NCBI GenBank assembly: GCA_963847705.1
Contig: CAWKBC010000032.1
Location: 480,009 to 544,008 of the forward strand
DNA: 64,000 nucleotides
From: an uncultured Pseudomonadota bacterium
GTDB taxonomy: Bacteria; Myxococcota_A; Polyangia; Fen-1088
Reading direction: 5' to 3'
Positions 37,257-47,710 of the stretch are shown here, piece by piece. The position numbers and the translations under genes were made by a program. The notes beneath the pieces were generated by a model. The model was not told the DNA's origin. It worked only from the letters and a program-made list of their open reading frames with translations, and did not search any database. Positions within the stretch are counted from its first letter, which is position 1. The number at the start of each line of letters is the position of its first letter.

Positions 37257-39032
37257 CTATGCCGTCCCCATCGGCGGAAGCGGGACAGATGAGGGGCGGT
37301 GGACCGCGGCCCTGTAGAGCAACACGGCAGCGATCAGCAGCAGCAGCTGGCTCAGCAGCATGAGGACGACGTGCGGCGGACAGATGACCAACTCGATCCG
37401 ACCACTGGCCGGTACAGCCACCCGGAAGGGCATGTCGAGCTCCATCGGTCGGTACGACGGAAACAGTCGCCGACCATTCATGAGCCAGTAGCTCGAAGGG
37501 TTGGAGTTGATGGTGATCTCGTCGCCAGGGGTAGCCAGGAGAACGATTCGGTTGGGGCTCCAGCTCTCCAGCTTCACAGGCTTGGTCCCGACGAACTCGC
37601 CGCGGTAGCTGGGCATCGCCACGTCGTCACGCTTCGGATAGTGCTCGTGCCAGCCGAGGAGCGGAAACTCAGGGCCCATCGAGACCATGTTCGAGCGGAT
37701 GTGGCTCCAGACTCCGTCTGGATTGTCACGTATTGTCCGCGGCGGGTCCGGCGCCATGTGGAACGGCAGCGACGGGATCGTAAAGGTGTCGCGATAGGCC
37801 CAATAGGTGTTGAACCCGAGGTCGGCCACGACGAGGACCGCCAGACAGACCGCGGTCCGAACGCGGCCGCGCCTCCGCACGGCGAGCAGGCCTTGGACGG
37901 TCCCGATTAGAAGCAGATAGCAGCCGAAAAGCCGCCAGCGCGGGGCGATGATCATGTATCGCCAGGGCGGGATGATGTGCATCCAGTAGCCAGGCAAGAA
38001 CTTGTCGCGGTTATTCCAAGAAAAGAGGAAGCAGAGGAGCGCCACCCAGTGAATCGGACGCAGCCGCCGTTCACCCTCCCGGAAGCCCTCGTAAGCAAGC
38101 AGCAGCGCGACGACACCCACGTAGCTGCCGACCTCCCACCAGCGCAGATCATCGACGTCCGACGGAAGGAAACGCGTTTGCAGCGGACTGATGGTCGCGG
38201 TGATGACGTCGGAGAGCGTGGCCACGATCGGGTAGTGCGACAGCTCGGCGCGCGGGAAACCCGCGATGAGATTCCCCACCAAAACAAGCCGGGTGAGACC
38301 GATGCCGAGCGCCGTGCAGACCACCAGCGCGGCGAGGAGCCACATCTGGCGCGAGCGCCAGTGGCGGATCAGGTGCAGCAGGACGATCGGGCCGACGATC
38401 GAGAAGCCGATGATGATCACGTAGTGGACGTAGCTCACGAAGAAACAACCCACGACCATGCCCAGCCCCGCGGCGCGCCGGGCGCTCTGGTGCCACGTCA
38501 ACCCCAGCGCCAGGAGCCAAGGGAAAAACCAGAAAGTCAGCAGCACGACGTGACCAACGCCCAGGTGCAGCGCGAGGGCCGGCGACAAGGCGGGAATGAC
38601 GCTGAGCGCGTCGACGAATGGCCCTCGGCCAAACAATTGCCGGCAGAGGAAGCGAGACCCCTCGTACCCGACGAATGCGTAAAAGAGGATGATGAGCTTG
38701 TAGCCGAACACGGCGCCGAAACCGACGATGAACAACGTGTCGGGCATCAGCACGGCCGTCTGCGGCTCGGCCAGGAATGGCTGGCCAGAAAACGACCAGG
38801 CGTTCCACCAGGGGAACTGGTGGTACTTCACGATCGTGAGGCGCAGCGCGTCCGCCCACGGATAGATGTAGCGGTACCAGTCATAGGGACCGGAGCGGTC
38901 GCCTGACGACAGGAGGTGGATGTGCACGAGCAGCAGGATCGCGTAGTGCGCAGGCCGCCAGCTGACCACCACACTTCGAAGGCCGTCGGCCCATCGGTGG
39001 CTGGCGTGCGAAGGGGTCTCGTTTTTCTGCAC
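37257..39032 (-). CDS. Multi-pass membrane protein, YfhO/GT-C-like; start uncertain
   Basis: FPWWNAWSFSGQPFLAEPQ loop, WEVGSYVG, about 11 TM helices, C-terminal exported WSPNRI domain. Confidence 0.7.
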   Translation of the reverse strand: MQKNETPSHASHRWADGLRSVVVSWRPAHYAILLLVHIHLLSSGDRSGPYDWYRYIYPWADALRLTIVKYHQFPWWNAWSFSGQPFLAEPQTAVLMPDTLFIVGFGAVFGYKLIILFYAFVGYEGSRFLCRQLFGRGPFVDALSVIPALSPALALHLGVGHVVLLTFWFFPWLLALGLTWHQSARRAAGLGMVVGCFFVSYVHYVIIIGFSIVGPIVLLHLIRHWRSRQMWLLAALVVCTALGIGLTRLVLVGNLIAGFPRAELSHYPIVATLSDVITATISPLQTRFLPSDVDDLRWWEVGSYVGVVALLLAYEGFREGERRLRPIHWVALLCFLFSWNNRDKFLPGYWMHIIPPWRYMIIAPRWRLFGCYLLLIGTVQGLLAVRRRGRVRTAVCLAVLVVADLGFNTYWAYRDTFTIPSLPFHMAPDPPRTIRDNPDGVWSHIRSNMVSMGPEFPLLGWHEHYPKRDDVAMPSYRGEFVGTKPVKLESWSPNRIVLLATPGDEITINSNPSSYWLMNGRRLFPSYRPMELDMPFRVAVPASGRIELVICPPHVVLMLLSQLLLLIAAVLLYRAAVHRPSSVPLPPMGTA

Positions 39033-39310
39033 AGGCGCCTCGCGAGGGCGGCGAGTGTGGCAAATGGCTCCCCAGAAAGAAAGGCGAATTCCTGCGACCC
39101 TGCCTGGCCGCCAAGCTCTCGCTTGCCCGAGCCAGACGGGCCGCTGCCGGGCTCGGTGCTCACGGTTTGCGCAGATGAATTCAAAGATCACCCTCGCCTT
39201 GCAATAGTCCTTTGAAAACAGCTACAGAACCGGGGTTGGAACCACGACAAATCCGGCTGGCTCCGGGCTTTCTTTTCAATTATCCTGCCGCCCGGCCGGT
39301 AGCTCCAATC

Positions 39311-41026
39311 ATGAATAAGGTTCTCGTCTTCACCGCCACTTATAACGAAGTCGACAACGTCGCGTCGCTTCTCGACGCCATCTTCGCGGCGCTCCCCTCC
39401 TGCGACGTCCTGGTGGTCGACGACAACTCGCCCGACAAAACCGGTGAGTTGCTGGAGCAGATCCGGGGCCGAGAGCCACGCCTGCGCGTGATTCACCGCC
39501 CCGGCAAGAACGGCCTCGGCACCGCACACAAGCTGGCGGTGAAGTACGCGCTGGCCGAGGGGTACGAGGCGCTCATCACGATGGACGCCGACTTTTCCCA
39601 CGATCCAGGCTACCTGCCCGAGATGGTGCGGCAGCTCGAGCACGCCGAGTTCGTCATCGGCTCGCGCTACGTGGCCGGCGGGAGCTGCGAATACCCTCTG
39701 TCGCGCGTCATCCTGAGCCGCGTCGCCAACTCGCTCACGCGCGCGATCCTCAGCGTCCCCGTCCACGAGACGACCACCTCATACCGTGGATTCCGCCGGT
39801 CTCTGCTCGAGCGAATGAACATCGACGCGATCCATGCAGACGGCTACTCGTACTTCGTCGAATCGATCTACCAGGTCAGCCGACTCGCCAAGCAAGACGG
39901 CTCTCGCGGCGGGATGGCGGAGTTTCCGATCCGCTTTGTCGATCGCCGCGCCGGCACGACCAAGATCTCGAAGAGGGAGATCTGGAAAGGATTCTCCACG
40001 CTGTTCCGGCTCGGTGTCCAGCGGGTGGTCTTCTCGGGCAAGGTCCCCCCAGAGGCGCCGGTCCCCGAGCCGCTCCCCTCCGAGCACCTCATCCCCTGCA
40101 ACGCCTGCGGCTCGACCTTCCAGGTCGAGGAGTACCCGGCGTCGACCACCGGACACTCCGTCCAAACCTACAGCTGCACCAGCACCGGCCACGAGTCGCA
40201 CGGCCGCATCGTGCAGTGCCTCTCCTGCGGCCTCGTCTACACCAATCCGCAGCTCACGTCGCCCGACGTCCTCTCGTTCTACTCGCAGGTCGAGGACACG
40301 ACCTACCTCGAGAACATCGACGCCCGCATCGCCACCTTCACGTACAACCTGGACGCGATCTCCCGGTGGCTCCCCAAGGGGAAACGGATGCTGGAGGTGG
40401 GATCTTACACGGGCATGTTCCTGAAGATTGCCCGCGATCGCGGATTCGAGGTCCTGGGAGTCGAGCCGTCGGTCTGGGCCTCGTCCTACGCCCGCCAGGC
40501 GCTGCAGATCCCCACCATCACCGGGAGCGCGGAGAGCGTCCCCACAGACAAGCCGTTCGACGTCATCTGCTCGTGGGACGTGCTCGAGCATGTGGCCGAT
40601 CCGATGGCGCAGCTCAAGCAGATCAACCAGCGGCTGGTCCCCGGCGGCATCTACGCCTTCTCGACGCTCGATTACGGCAACTGGTACCCGCGGCTCATGG
40701 GCGAGCGCTGGCCCTGGCTGATGGACATGCATCTTTACTACTTCGACCAGAAGGTCATGAAGCAGATGCTCGCGGCGGCCGGATTTCGGGTGGTCGACAA
40801 ACAGGCTTACAGCCACATCATCACCTTCGAGTATCTCTTGAAGAAGCTGGCCGCGCTGGGCGTCCCTCTGAGCGACGTGGCCCGCGGCCTCCTCGCCCGC
40901 ACCCCGCTGGCCAAACTGAAGGTGCGCTTCCACTTCGGCGACATCCAGCTCTACGTCTGCGAGAAGATCGACGAATCGGTCGCCGCCGCGTCGAGCTCGG
41001 CGCCGGCTGCACAGCGGTCGGCGTAA
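39311..41026 (+). CDS. Fusion: DPM1-like polyprenol-phosphate sugar synthase (GT2) + Cys ribbon + class I SAM methyltransferase
   Basis: ATYNE, VVDDNSPDKT, GLGTA, MDADFSHDP, IGSRY, FVDRRAG; CNAC/CLSC; LEVGSYTG, GVEPS, DVLEH. Confidence 0.88.
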   Translation: MNKVLVFTATYNEVDNVASLLDAIFAALPSCDVLVVDDNSPDKTGELLEQIRGREPRLRVIHRPGKNGLGTAHKLAVKYALAEGYEALITMDADFSHDPGYLPEMVRQLEHAEFVIGSRYVAGGSCEYPLSRVILSRVANSLTRAILSVPVHETTTSYRGFRRSLLERMNIDAIHADGYSYFVESIYQVSRLAKQDGSRGGMAEFPIRFVDRRAGTTKISKREIWKGFSTLFRLGVQRVVFSGKVPPEAPVPEPLPSEHLIPCNACGSTFQVEEYPASTTGHSVQTYSCTSTGHESHGRIVQCLSCGLVYTNPQLTSPDVLSFYSQVEDTTYLENIDARIATFTYNLDAISRWLPKGKRMLEVGSYTGMFLKIARDRGFEVLGVEPSVWASSYARQALQIPTITGSAESVPTDKPFDVICSWDVLEHVADPMAQLKQINQRLVPGGIYAFSTLDYGNWYPRLMGERWPWLMDMHLYYFDQKVMKQMLAAAGFRVVDKQAYSHIITFEYLLKKLAALGVPLSDVARGLLARTPLAKLKVRFHFGDIQLYVCEKIDESVAAASSSAPAAQRSA

Positions 41027-41113
41027 CGTCAAAAAATCGACCAAGAAAACGCGGACTGCGGCACCTTGATGCGTGCCGAGACCGCTCGAGCAGGCGACGG
41101 AGAATGTGCTCCC

Positions 41114-42811
41114 ATGTTCAAGATAGCCGTTCGTAAGTCGATCGAACGCTGCCGTGCTTGGGCGGTCCCTCGCCTCCACGCGCTGCGCGAACGGCTCGGA
41201 CCGGGCTGGGGACGGGCGATCGCTCCGGCGATCCTCGCTGTGGCCCTGATTCCGTTCGCCGTTCCCCTCCTGGCCAAGGAGCTAAACGAGCCGCTCTTCG
41301 GCGATACGGCAATGATGCAGTACACCGCCTGGGCCATCCGCCACGGCATGAAGCTCTACCGGGACACGGGCTCGACCGACGGCCCCTTCATCCACTTCGC
41401 TCAGGCCCTCATCCAGATATTTTTCGGTCAGAGCGATCTGGCGCTGAGGATCGGCGACATCGTTCTGCAGATCACGGGGAGCGCTCTGATGGGGGCGATG
41501 CTGGCCCCGCGCCGGGGGCTCACCGCCCTCGCGCGCAAGCTCAGCGTCGCCGCCTGGGCCGCGACGGGCGTGACCGTATGGCTCTCCTACTACCTGATTC
41601 TCGCCTGGTCGGCGACCACGAACCGCGAGGCCTTCTACTCCGTCGTCGGCTGTGCCGGCATGGTCGCGCTCTATGTCTCCGGTACGTTCCCGCGACGCGC
41701 CGCCTCCGCCCTGGCCTTCGCGGGTGGATTCGCCCTCATGAGCATGTGCTTCGGCAAACCGACCGGCATCGTCTTCCCCTGCACGGGCGCGCTGGCCCTG
41801 CTGGTTCCGGATCCCGACACCGTGGCCACGCGCCGGCCGCGAATCCGCATGGCGCTCTATGGGGCGGGGGCCTGTGTCGCCGGCTTCGTCCTGGCACTGC
41901 TGCTCTTCGGCAGTCTGAGAGGGTACTTCTTCTGGTGCCTCGAGCTCCCCCTCGTCGGTAACAAATTCGTTTGGCGGATGGACTGGTTGAAGCTCGTCTT
42001 CGGTCAGTACGGCGACATTCGCATGGTGGCGCTGCTCTCGCTCATCGTCGGCGGCGCGGCGATTGCGTGGGGGATGCTGCCCGCACGCGCCATCGGCTTC
42101 GTGATCGCACCGTTGCTCCACTGGCTCTCCTTCTGCGCGCAGGCGCGTGGGTTCTCCCATCAATCCATCCCGGTCGTCGCCACCGCGCACGTGCTGGCCC
42201 TGGCGCTGGTCGCCAGCCTCTGGGAACGCGGCGGGGAAGAGCGGGTCTTCGGCATCCTCGCGCCGATCATGCTGGCGCTCATCGGGTATCACGCCCTCGA
42301 GAACCTGGAGGCGAGCCCGTTCAAGTGGGACGGCAGTCGCACCAGCTGGGGCAAGACCTCCGATAGCTTTTGCGACCCCGAGAAGCGCGCCGGCCAGTTC
42401 CTGAAGCAGCACACCGCGCCCGGCGACCGAATCTTCGCCTACACCGTCAGCCCCCGAGGGGACAACGCCGCGATCATCCTGTTTTATGCCCAGCGCCGCA
42501 CCGCCAGCCCGTTCCACTATTCCCCCTGGCTCGATCCCATCCTCCTTCTGCCTCAGTCCGAGATCCAGCCGAACAAGGCGGAGCGGGCAGCGCTGGAAGA
42601 GATCCAGCGGAAGACGCGCGGCATCGCCTGCAACGCGGTGACCCACGGGACGCCCCCCGCCGCGATCGCCTACGTCAGCCTCGAGCGCATGGTCGCGGTC
42701 TGTCCCCCGGTGCAGGAGATGTTGAAGAACGACTACGCCGAGGCGACCGTCGTCGACGACATCCACATCTTCCTGCGCAAGCCGAACCTGCAGCCCTCTG
42801 CCGGTCGGTGA
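41114..42811 (+). CDS. Multi-pass membrane protein, GT-C (ArnT/PMT-like) candidate
   Basis: D..MQY.AW.I.HG..LYRD..D.P first loop, TNRE, GKPTG, HQSIP; about 11 TM helices plus exported C domain. Confidence 0.65.
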   Translation: MFKIAVRKSIERCRAWAVPRLHALRERLGPGWGRAIAPAILAVALIPFAVPLLAKELNEPLFGDTAMMQYTAWAIRHGMKLYRDTGSTDGPFIHFAQALIQIFFGQSDLALRIGDIVLQITGSALMGAMLAPRRGLTALARKLSVAAWAATGVTVWLSYYLILAWSATTNREAFYSVVGCAGMVALYVSGTFPRRAASALAFAGGFALMSMCFGKPTGIVFPCTGALALLVPDPDTVATRRPRIRMALYGAGACVAGFVLALLLFGSLRGYFFWCLELPLVGNKFVWRMDWLKLVFGQYGDIRMVALLSLIVGGAAIAWGMLPARAIGFVIAPLLHWLSFCAQARGFSHQSIPVVATAHVLALALVASLWERGGEERVFGILAPIMLALIGYHALENLEASPFKWDGSRTSWGKTSDSFCDPEKRAGQFLKQHTAPGDRIFAYTVSPRGDNAAIILFYAQRRTASPFHYSPWLDPILLLPQSEIQPNKAERAALEEIQRKTRGIACNAVTHGTPPAAIAYVSLERMVAVCPPVQEMLKNDYAEATVVDDIHIFLRKPNLQPSAGR

Positions 42812-42856
42812 GCGGCCAAATGCCGCGCAGCGGGAGAGGGCCTGGGTGAGGGTTCG

Positions 42857-44530
42857 CTACGGACGCAGATAGATGTAGTCGGTGATCTTCCGGTACTTGA
42901 ACTCGGTCAAGAACGGAGTCATCAGCGCCTTCATGTGGCGCCCCTTGCGCCAGCCATTCTCGGGGTCGAGGATCACCACCTTCGGTTTGTTCTTCACCAG
43001 CTGAAGGTAGACGGGACGCAGCCGCTCCTCGTCGGTCTTCCCTTCGTAGGAGCCGAGGATCTCGTCGATGATGTTGCTCTCGCGCACCGCGCTCACCCGG
43101 TTGGTTTGCGCGTAGATCACGGGTGGACCGGTGGTGAAGATGCGGTCGGACGGAACAGTGTTCTTCCGGATGAACTCGAACGCCCCGGGGACCGGCTCGA
43201 ACCACGGGGGGCGCACGTACTTGGCGTCCACCTGCTTGGCGAATTCCGACCAGCCGTGGAGGGCCACGAAGAGAAACGCCGCCAGGCTGGTCCCCCAGCG
43301 AATGGCGCGATCGGCGCTGCGCAGCGATTCGGTCATCGAATCGACCCCGGCCACCAGCACGAAGATGAGACCGGCCATGGTCATGTTGTAGTAGTGGACC
43401 CACTGGCAGATCGTGGCGGTGGGGGCCCAGAGCGCGCCGAGCGAGGTCAGCAGCATGACGACGAAGAGCCCCCGGGCCCGTCGAAACGCGAAGATGGCCC
43501 CCGCCGCGATCATCGGCATCAGGTAGCCGAGGACCGTTTCGTTCAAGAAGGTGGTCAGGATCTTGGGCCAGGCGAGCTTCAGGTTTCCCCAGCGGGTGGC
43601 GGCATGCGGGATCCCCAGCGCGACGCAGTAGGAGCGATTGGGATCGGCGTAGATCGTCGAGTAGCCGCGCGCCATGACCAGGTACGCCTTCATCGCGCCG
43701 GTCGGCACCATGTAGGCGCAGAGGAGAAACACCAGGATCCCGACGCCGAGCAGGCTGTACCGAACGTAGAGCGACACGCTCTCGCGGGAAGGGCGCGGCT
43801 TGCCCCGCAGCCAGCAGAGGCCGAGCCAGGTGAACCCCACGGCGAGCACGAAGGGCTCCTTGGAGAGCACGCAGCAGCTCATGAAGAAGCCGCCCAGGAC
43901 GCTGGTGACCTTGATGTACCGCCCCTCCCAGAGCAGGCAGGCCAGGCCGAGCGCGAAGTACGAGAGGCCGATCGACTCGCAGTCGCTCAGCGCCGTGTCG
44001 TGCCAGGCCGGGTTCACGAACAGGATGACGACGCCCAGCACCAGCGACATCGCCAGGACGCGCCCCACCCGCCGGGCCACCAGCGAAAGCTGCAGCGCCA
44101 GCATCGACGCCAGCGGGAGCAGCGTGAAGAACTTCCGATAGCCGCCGTTCTTGAGCCCAAACAGGAACTGCGCCAGCGCGTGGGTGATGAAGACCAGCGG
44201 CGGCTTGAACTCGATGAAGTCGCGGTAGGGAGCCAGCCCCTTGGTGATGGACCAGCCGCCCCAGACGAAGAACTCTTCGTCGTAAGCGATGTAGTTGTAA
44301 TAGAAGCGCTTGTTGAGGATCAGAAACACGTAGGCCGTGATCCCCAGCGTCAGCAGGGTGGCCACGACCGCCAGCGTCCGGTGGAGGATGGGTCGCGCCG
44401 TGACCCAGGCGACCAGGCGGTTGCCCTGCTCCCGCACGGCGGCTCGGCGCGCGGCCATCGCGGCCACCGCCCGCGCGATGAAGAGACCTGCGGCGTCACG
44501 CGCCTCTTCGAACCGATGTCCCGAGGACAC
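42857..44530 (-). CDS. Multi-pass membrane protein, GT-C (ArnT/PMT-like) glycosyltransferase; start uncertain
   Basis: YDEEFF..G..GLAPYRDFIEFKPP loop, DCE, SKEP, HYY motifs. Confidence 0.75.
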   Translation of the reverse strand: MSSGHRFEEARDAAGLFIARAVAAMAARRAAVREQGNRLVAWVTARPILHRTLAVVATLLTLGITAYVFLILNKRFYYNYIAYDEEFFVWGGWSITKGLAPYRDFIEFKPPLVFITHALAQFLFGLKNGGYRKFFTLLPLASMLALQLSLVARRVGRVLAMSLVLGVVILFVNPAWHDTALSDCESIGLSYFALGLACLLWEGRYIKVTSVLGGFFMSCCVLSKEPFVLAVGFTWLGLCWLRGKPRPSRESVSLYVRYSLLGVGILVFLLCAYMVPTGAMKAYLVMARGYSTIYADPNRSYCVALGIPHAATRWGNLKLAWPKILTTFLNETVLGYLMPMIAAGAIFAFRRARGLFVVMLLTSLGALWAPTATICQWVHYYNMTMAGLIFVLVAGVDSMTESLRSADRAIRWGTSLAAFLFVALHGWSEFAKQVDAKYVRPPWFEPVPGAFEFIRKNTVPSDRIFTTGPPVIYAQTNRVSAVRESNIIDEILGSYEGKTDEERLRPVYLQLVKNKPKVVILDPENGWRKGRHMKALMTPFLTEFKYRKITDYIYLRP

Positions 44531-44531
44531 G

Positions 44532-45203
44532 CTACCGCCGGCCGTCCGAGGTGCGCAGGGCGGCGATCGCGCTCCGATAGTCGCCGCCCTTGGCATGAAA
44601 CACCGCCGAGCCCGCCACCAGAATGGTCGCCCCCGCCGCCACCACCGCCGGCGCCGTCTCCGGGTCGATGCCGCCGTCGACCTCGATGTCGACCTCCAGG
44701 CCGCGCCGGTCGATCTCGGTGCGCAACGCGCTGATCTTCGGCAGCACCGCCTCGATGAACTTCTGGCCCCCGAAGCCGGGGTTGACGGACATGAGGAGGA
44801 CCATCGCCAGATCGGGGAGCACGATGTCGAGGCCGTCGAGCGGCGAGTGCGGATTGACTGCCACCGCCGCCTTCTTGCCGGCGGCGCGGATCTGCTGAAC
44901 CAGCCGGTGCAAGTGCGGCGCCACTTCGAGATGGACGCTGATCAGATCGGCGCCGGCCTGGGCGAACTCGTCGATGTAGCGCTCCGGCTCGACGATCATG
45001 AGATGCACGTCGAGCGGGAGCTTGGTGACCTTGCGAATCGCGGCCACGACCATCGGACCGATGGTGATGTTGGGGACGAAACGCCCGTCCATCACGTCGA
45101 GGTGCAGGAGGTCGGCCCCCGCCGCCTCCGCGGCCCGCACCTCTTCCCCCAGGCGGGCAAAGTCCGCCGCCAGGATCGACGGCGCGATCCGCAGCGGCCG
45201 CAC
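44532..45203 (-). CDS. rpe: Ribulose-phosphate 3-epimerase
   Basis: IAPSILAADF, HLDVMDGRFVPN, DVHLM, MSVNPGFGGQ, EVDGG. Confidence 0.96.
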   Translation of the reverse strand: MRPLRIAPSILAADFARLGEEVRAAEAAGADLLHLDVMDGRFVPNITIGPMVVAAIRKVTKLPLDVHLMIVEPERYIDEFAQAGADLISVHLEVAPHLHRLVQQIRAAGKKAAVAVNPHSPLDGLDIVLPDLAMVLLMSVNPGFGGQKFIEAVLPKISALRTEIDRRGLEVDIEVDGGIDPETAPAVVAAGATILVAGSAVFHAKGGDYRSAIAALRTSDGRR

Positions 45204-45292
45204 TACCGGCCCAACGCGAGGGCTGAGTTTCGCATGGCCCCTTATATTACCCATCGCCCGGAGACGGTGAGGGCCAATCTTCACACGACGAT

Positions 45293-46723
45293 CTAGCCCT
45301 GCGCACGCAGGCGGACCGCGTAGAACGCGTCGGCGTCGTCACGCTGCGGCCAGGTCCGCACCGCGCCCGAGGGGTCCATCAGCTGGCCCCAGGGGACACG
45401 GCCGCCCGCGGCGGTGGCCGGCTCGATCTGAAACGTCGGGTGGGCGCGCAGGAAGGCGGCCACGACCTCCTCACACTCCCGTCGCTCGAAGGTGCAGACC
45501 GCGTAGGTGAGGAGGCCGCCCGGGCGCAGCGCCGGCACAACAGTCGCCAGCATCGTCAGCTGTTGCGCCGCCAGCGCCGCCAGATCGTCGGCCGACCGGC
45601 GAAGCAGCGCCTCGGGGTGCCGGCGCAGCACCCCGAGCCCGCTGCAGGGGGCGTCGAGCAAGATCCGGTGGTAGCCCAGCGTGGTCAGCGAGCTGTCGAG
45701 GGGGCGCGTCAGATCGCCCTCCACCAGCCGCGCCGTCGTCAGCCCCAGGCGCTGCAGCGTCCGGCTGGCGTCGTGCAACTTGGCGGGCGCCTTGTCGACC
45801 GCGTCGACCTGCGCCTGGCCGCCGGAGAGGGCCAGGAGGTGGGCGGTCTTGCCGCCGCCGCCCGCGCAGGCGTCGAGGATCCGTTCTCCGGGCGCGGCGC
45901 CGCAGAGCTCGGCGACCACCTGCGCGCCGGCGTCCTGCACGGCGAACAGCCCCTCGCGCCAGGCCGCCGTCGTCGCGGGGGCGTCGAACCGGCGTGCCAG
46001 GATGGCGTCGGGCGCGATCGACGACGGCAGGAGCGCGGCACCCGGGCGCTCGGCGGCGAGGCGCCCGAGCAGCGCCTCCCGCGCGATCCGCGGTGCGTTC
46101 GCCCGCAGCGTGACCGGTGCGGGCGCCATCGAGGCCTCCCCGAACGCCACCGCCTCGCGCGCCGGCAGCTCGGCGAGCAGCAGCCGCACGAGCCAGGCGG
46201 GAAATCCGACCGCCGCCTCCAGGTAGCCGGCGGGATCGCCGGCGGGGTCCGGAAGCGCCGGCTCACCCGTGCGCGCCAGCTTGCGGAGGAGGGCGTTCGC
46301 GAACCCGGCCACGCCGCGCCCGCCCAGCTGCTTGCACGCCTCGACCGCCTCGCTTACCGCGGCGTAAGCCGGAATGCGATCGAGGAACAGGATCTGGTAG
46401 GCCGCCGTGCGCAGGGCGATCTGGACGCCCGGATCGAGGTTGCCGGTTCCTGTCCGGGCCAGGGCACCGATGGCGCGGTCGAGCCGGAACCGGCGGCGCA
46501 AGACACCGTAGACGAGCTCGGTGGCGAGCGCGCGATCCTCGGGCGAAAGCGCGCGGCCCCGATCGAGCGCCGCCGCGAGCGCCCGGCCGGAGTAGGCCCC
46601 GTCGCGCTCGACGCGGGCGAGCACGCCGCGGGCCAGCGCGCGGGCCGACTGTGGCGCGCCGCCGGTCGGATCCTTCGTCGGATCCTTCGTCGACCCCTTC
46701 GCCGACCCCTTGGTGGTCGTCAC
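45293..46723 (-). CDS. rsmB: 16S rRNA m5C967 methyltransferase (NusB-like domain + RsmB MTase)
   Basis: TELVYGVLR, AVSEAVE, VQD, DACAGGGGKT, LLDAPCSGLG, YAVCT; GTGA overlap with fmt stop. Confidence 0.93.
   Translation of the reverse strand: MTTTKGSAKGSTKDPTKDPTGGAPQSARALARGVLARVERDGAYSGRALAAALDRGRALSPEDRALATELVYGVLRRRFRLDRAIGALARTGTGNLDPGVQIALRTAAYQILFLDRIPAYAAVSEAVEACKQLGGRGVAGFANALLRKLARTGEPALPDPAGDPAGYLEAAVGFPAWLVRLLLAELPAREAVAFGEASMAPAPVTLRANAPRIAREALLGRLAAERPGAALLPSSIAPDAILARRFDAPATTAAWREGLFAVQDAGAQVVAELCGAAPGERILDACAGGGGKTAHLLALSGGQAQVDAVDKAPAKLHDASRTLQRLGLTTARLVEGDLTRPLDSSLTTLGYHRILLDAPCSGLGVLRRHPEALLRRSADDLAALAAQQLTMLATVVPALRPGGLLTYAVCTFERRECEEVVAAFLRAHPTFQIEPATAAGGRVPWGQLMDPSGAVRTWPQRDDADAFYAVRLRAQG
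46668..46715. repeat. Degenerate 12-bp tandem repeat in rsmB 5' end
   Basis: CCTTCGTCGGAT/CCTTCGTCGACC/CCTTCGCCGACC units encoding TKGS-AKGS-TKDP-TKDP. Confidence 0.7.
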
Positions 46724-47710
46724 GAGCCGAGCCGGGTTCCGGGCGGCAGACGATCGCGGGCGACCAGGGCCGGCATCCGGCGCTTGCCGGGGAACTGGAT
46801 CTCGGCGAACGCGATCAGCTGTTCTTCGTTGGCACAGGAGACGAGCAGGCCGTCGGCCGTCACGTCGCGAATCAGGCCCGGCGGCTCCTGCCCCCAGGTG
46901 ACGGCGACCGAGGCGGCCTCGACCACCCGTGGCGCGAACAGCTTCAGCGACTCGCCGCCGAGCATCGTCGTCGCCCCCGGCCAGGGGTCGACGCCGCGCG
47001 CCTGCGCCGACACCAGGCGCGCCGGCTGATCGAAGTTCACGATCCCGTCCACCTTCGCCAGCAGAGGCGCCAGCGTCGCCGCGCCGTCGTCCTGTCGCCG
47101 CAGGGTGACGGTCCCATTGACGATGGCCGGCAGCGTGTCGACCAGCAGCCTCGCGCCGAGCTCGGCCAGCTTCGCCGACAGCGTCCCGGTGGTGTCGTCG
47201 TCGGCGATCTCCAGCGCCCGCACCGCGGCGACCGGACCGGTGTCGAGCCCCGCCTCCATGCGCATGATCGACACGCCGGTCTCGCGCTCGCCCCGGATGA
47301 TGGACCACTGAATCGGCGCGGCGCCGCGCAGCTTGGGGAGCAGTGAGGCGTGCACGTTGAACGGTCCCAGGCGCGGCAGATCCAGCAGCGTCTGCGGCAG
47401 GATCCGCCCGTAGGCGACCACCACGAACAGATCGGCGTCGAGCGCGGCCAGGGCCGCGTGCGTCTCGGGGGTGCGAAGCTTCTCCGGCTGCAAGAATCGG
47501 AAGGCCCGGCAGGCCAAGCGCCTCGGCTGCGCGCTTGACCGCGGGCGCTGCCGGCGCCTGGCCGCGCCCCGCCGGGCGATCGGGCTGACTGACCACCGCG
47601 ACGAGCTCGGTCTCCGCGGCGACGGCGCGCAGGCAGGGGACGGCGAAGGCCGGTGACCCGAAGAAGACCGCGCGCGGGCGCGCGCCGGAGCGAGGCGCCG
47701 CGGCCGTCAT
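46720..47710 (-). CDS. fmt: Methionyl-tRNA formyltransferase, split by a +1 frameshift near 47495 (probably sequencing error)
   Basis: FFGSPAFA, QPDRPAGRG in frame 1; LQPEKLR, VVAYGRILP, NVHASLLP, LDTG in the next frame. Confidence 0.93.

Noticed and set aside
45293-47710. Apparent 805-aa fmt-rsmB fusion ORF
   Set aside because: Created by the +1 shift near 47495; the middle is off-frame Arg/Gly-rich text, and real fmt ends at 46720 overlapping the rsmB GTG
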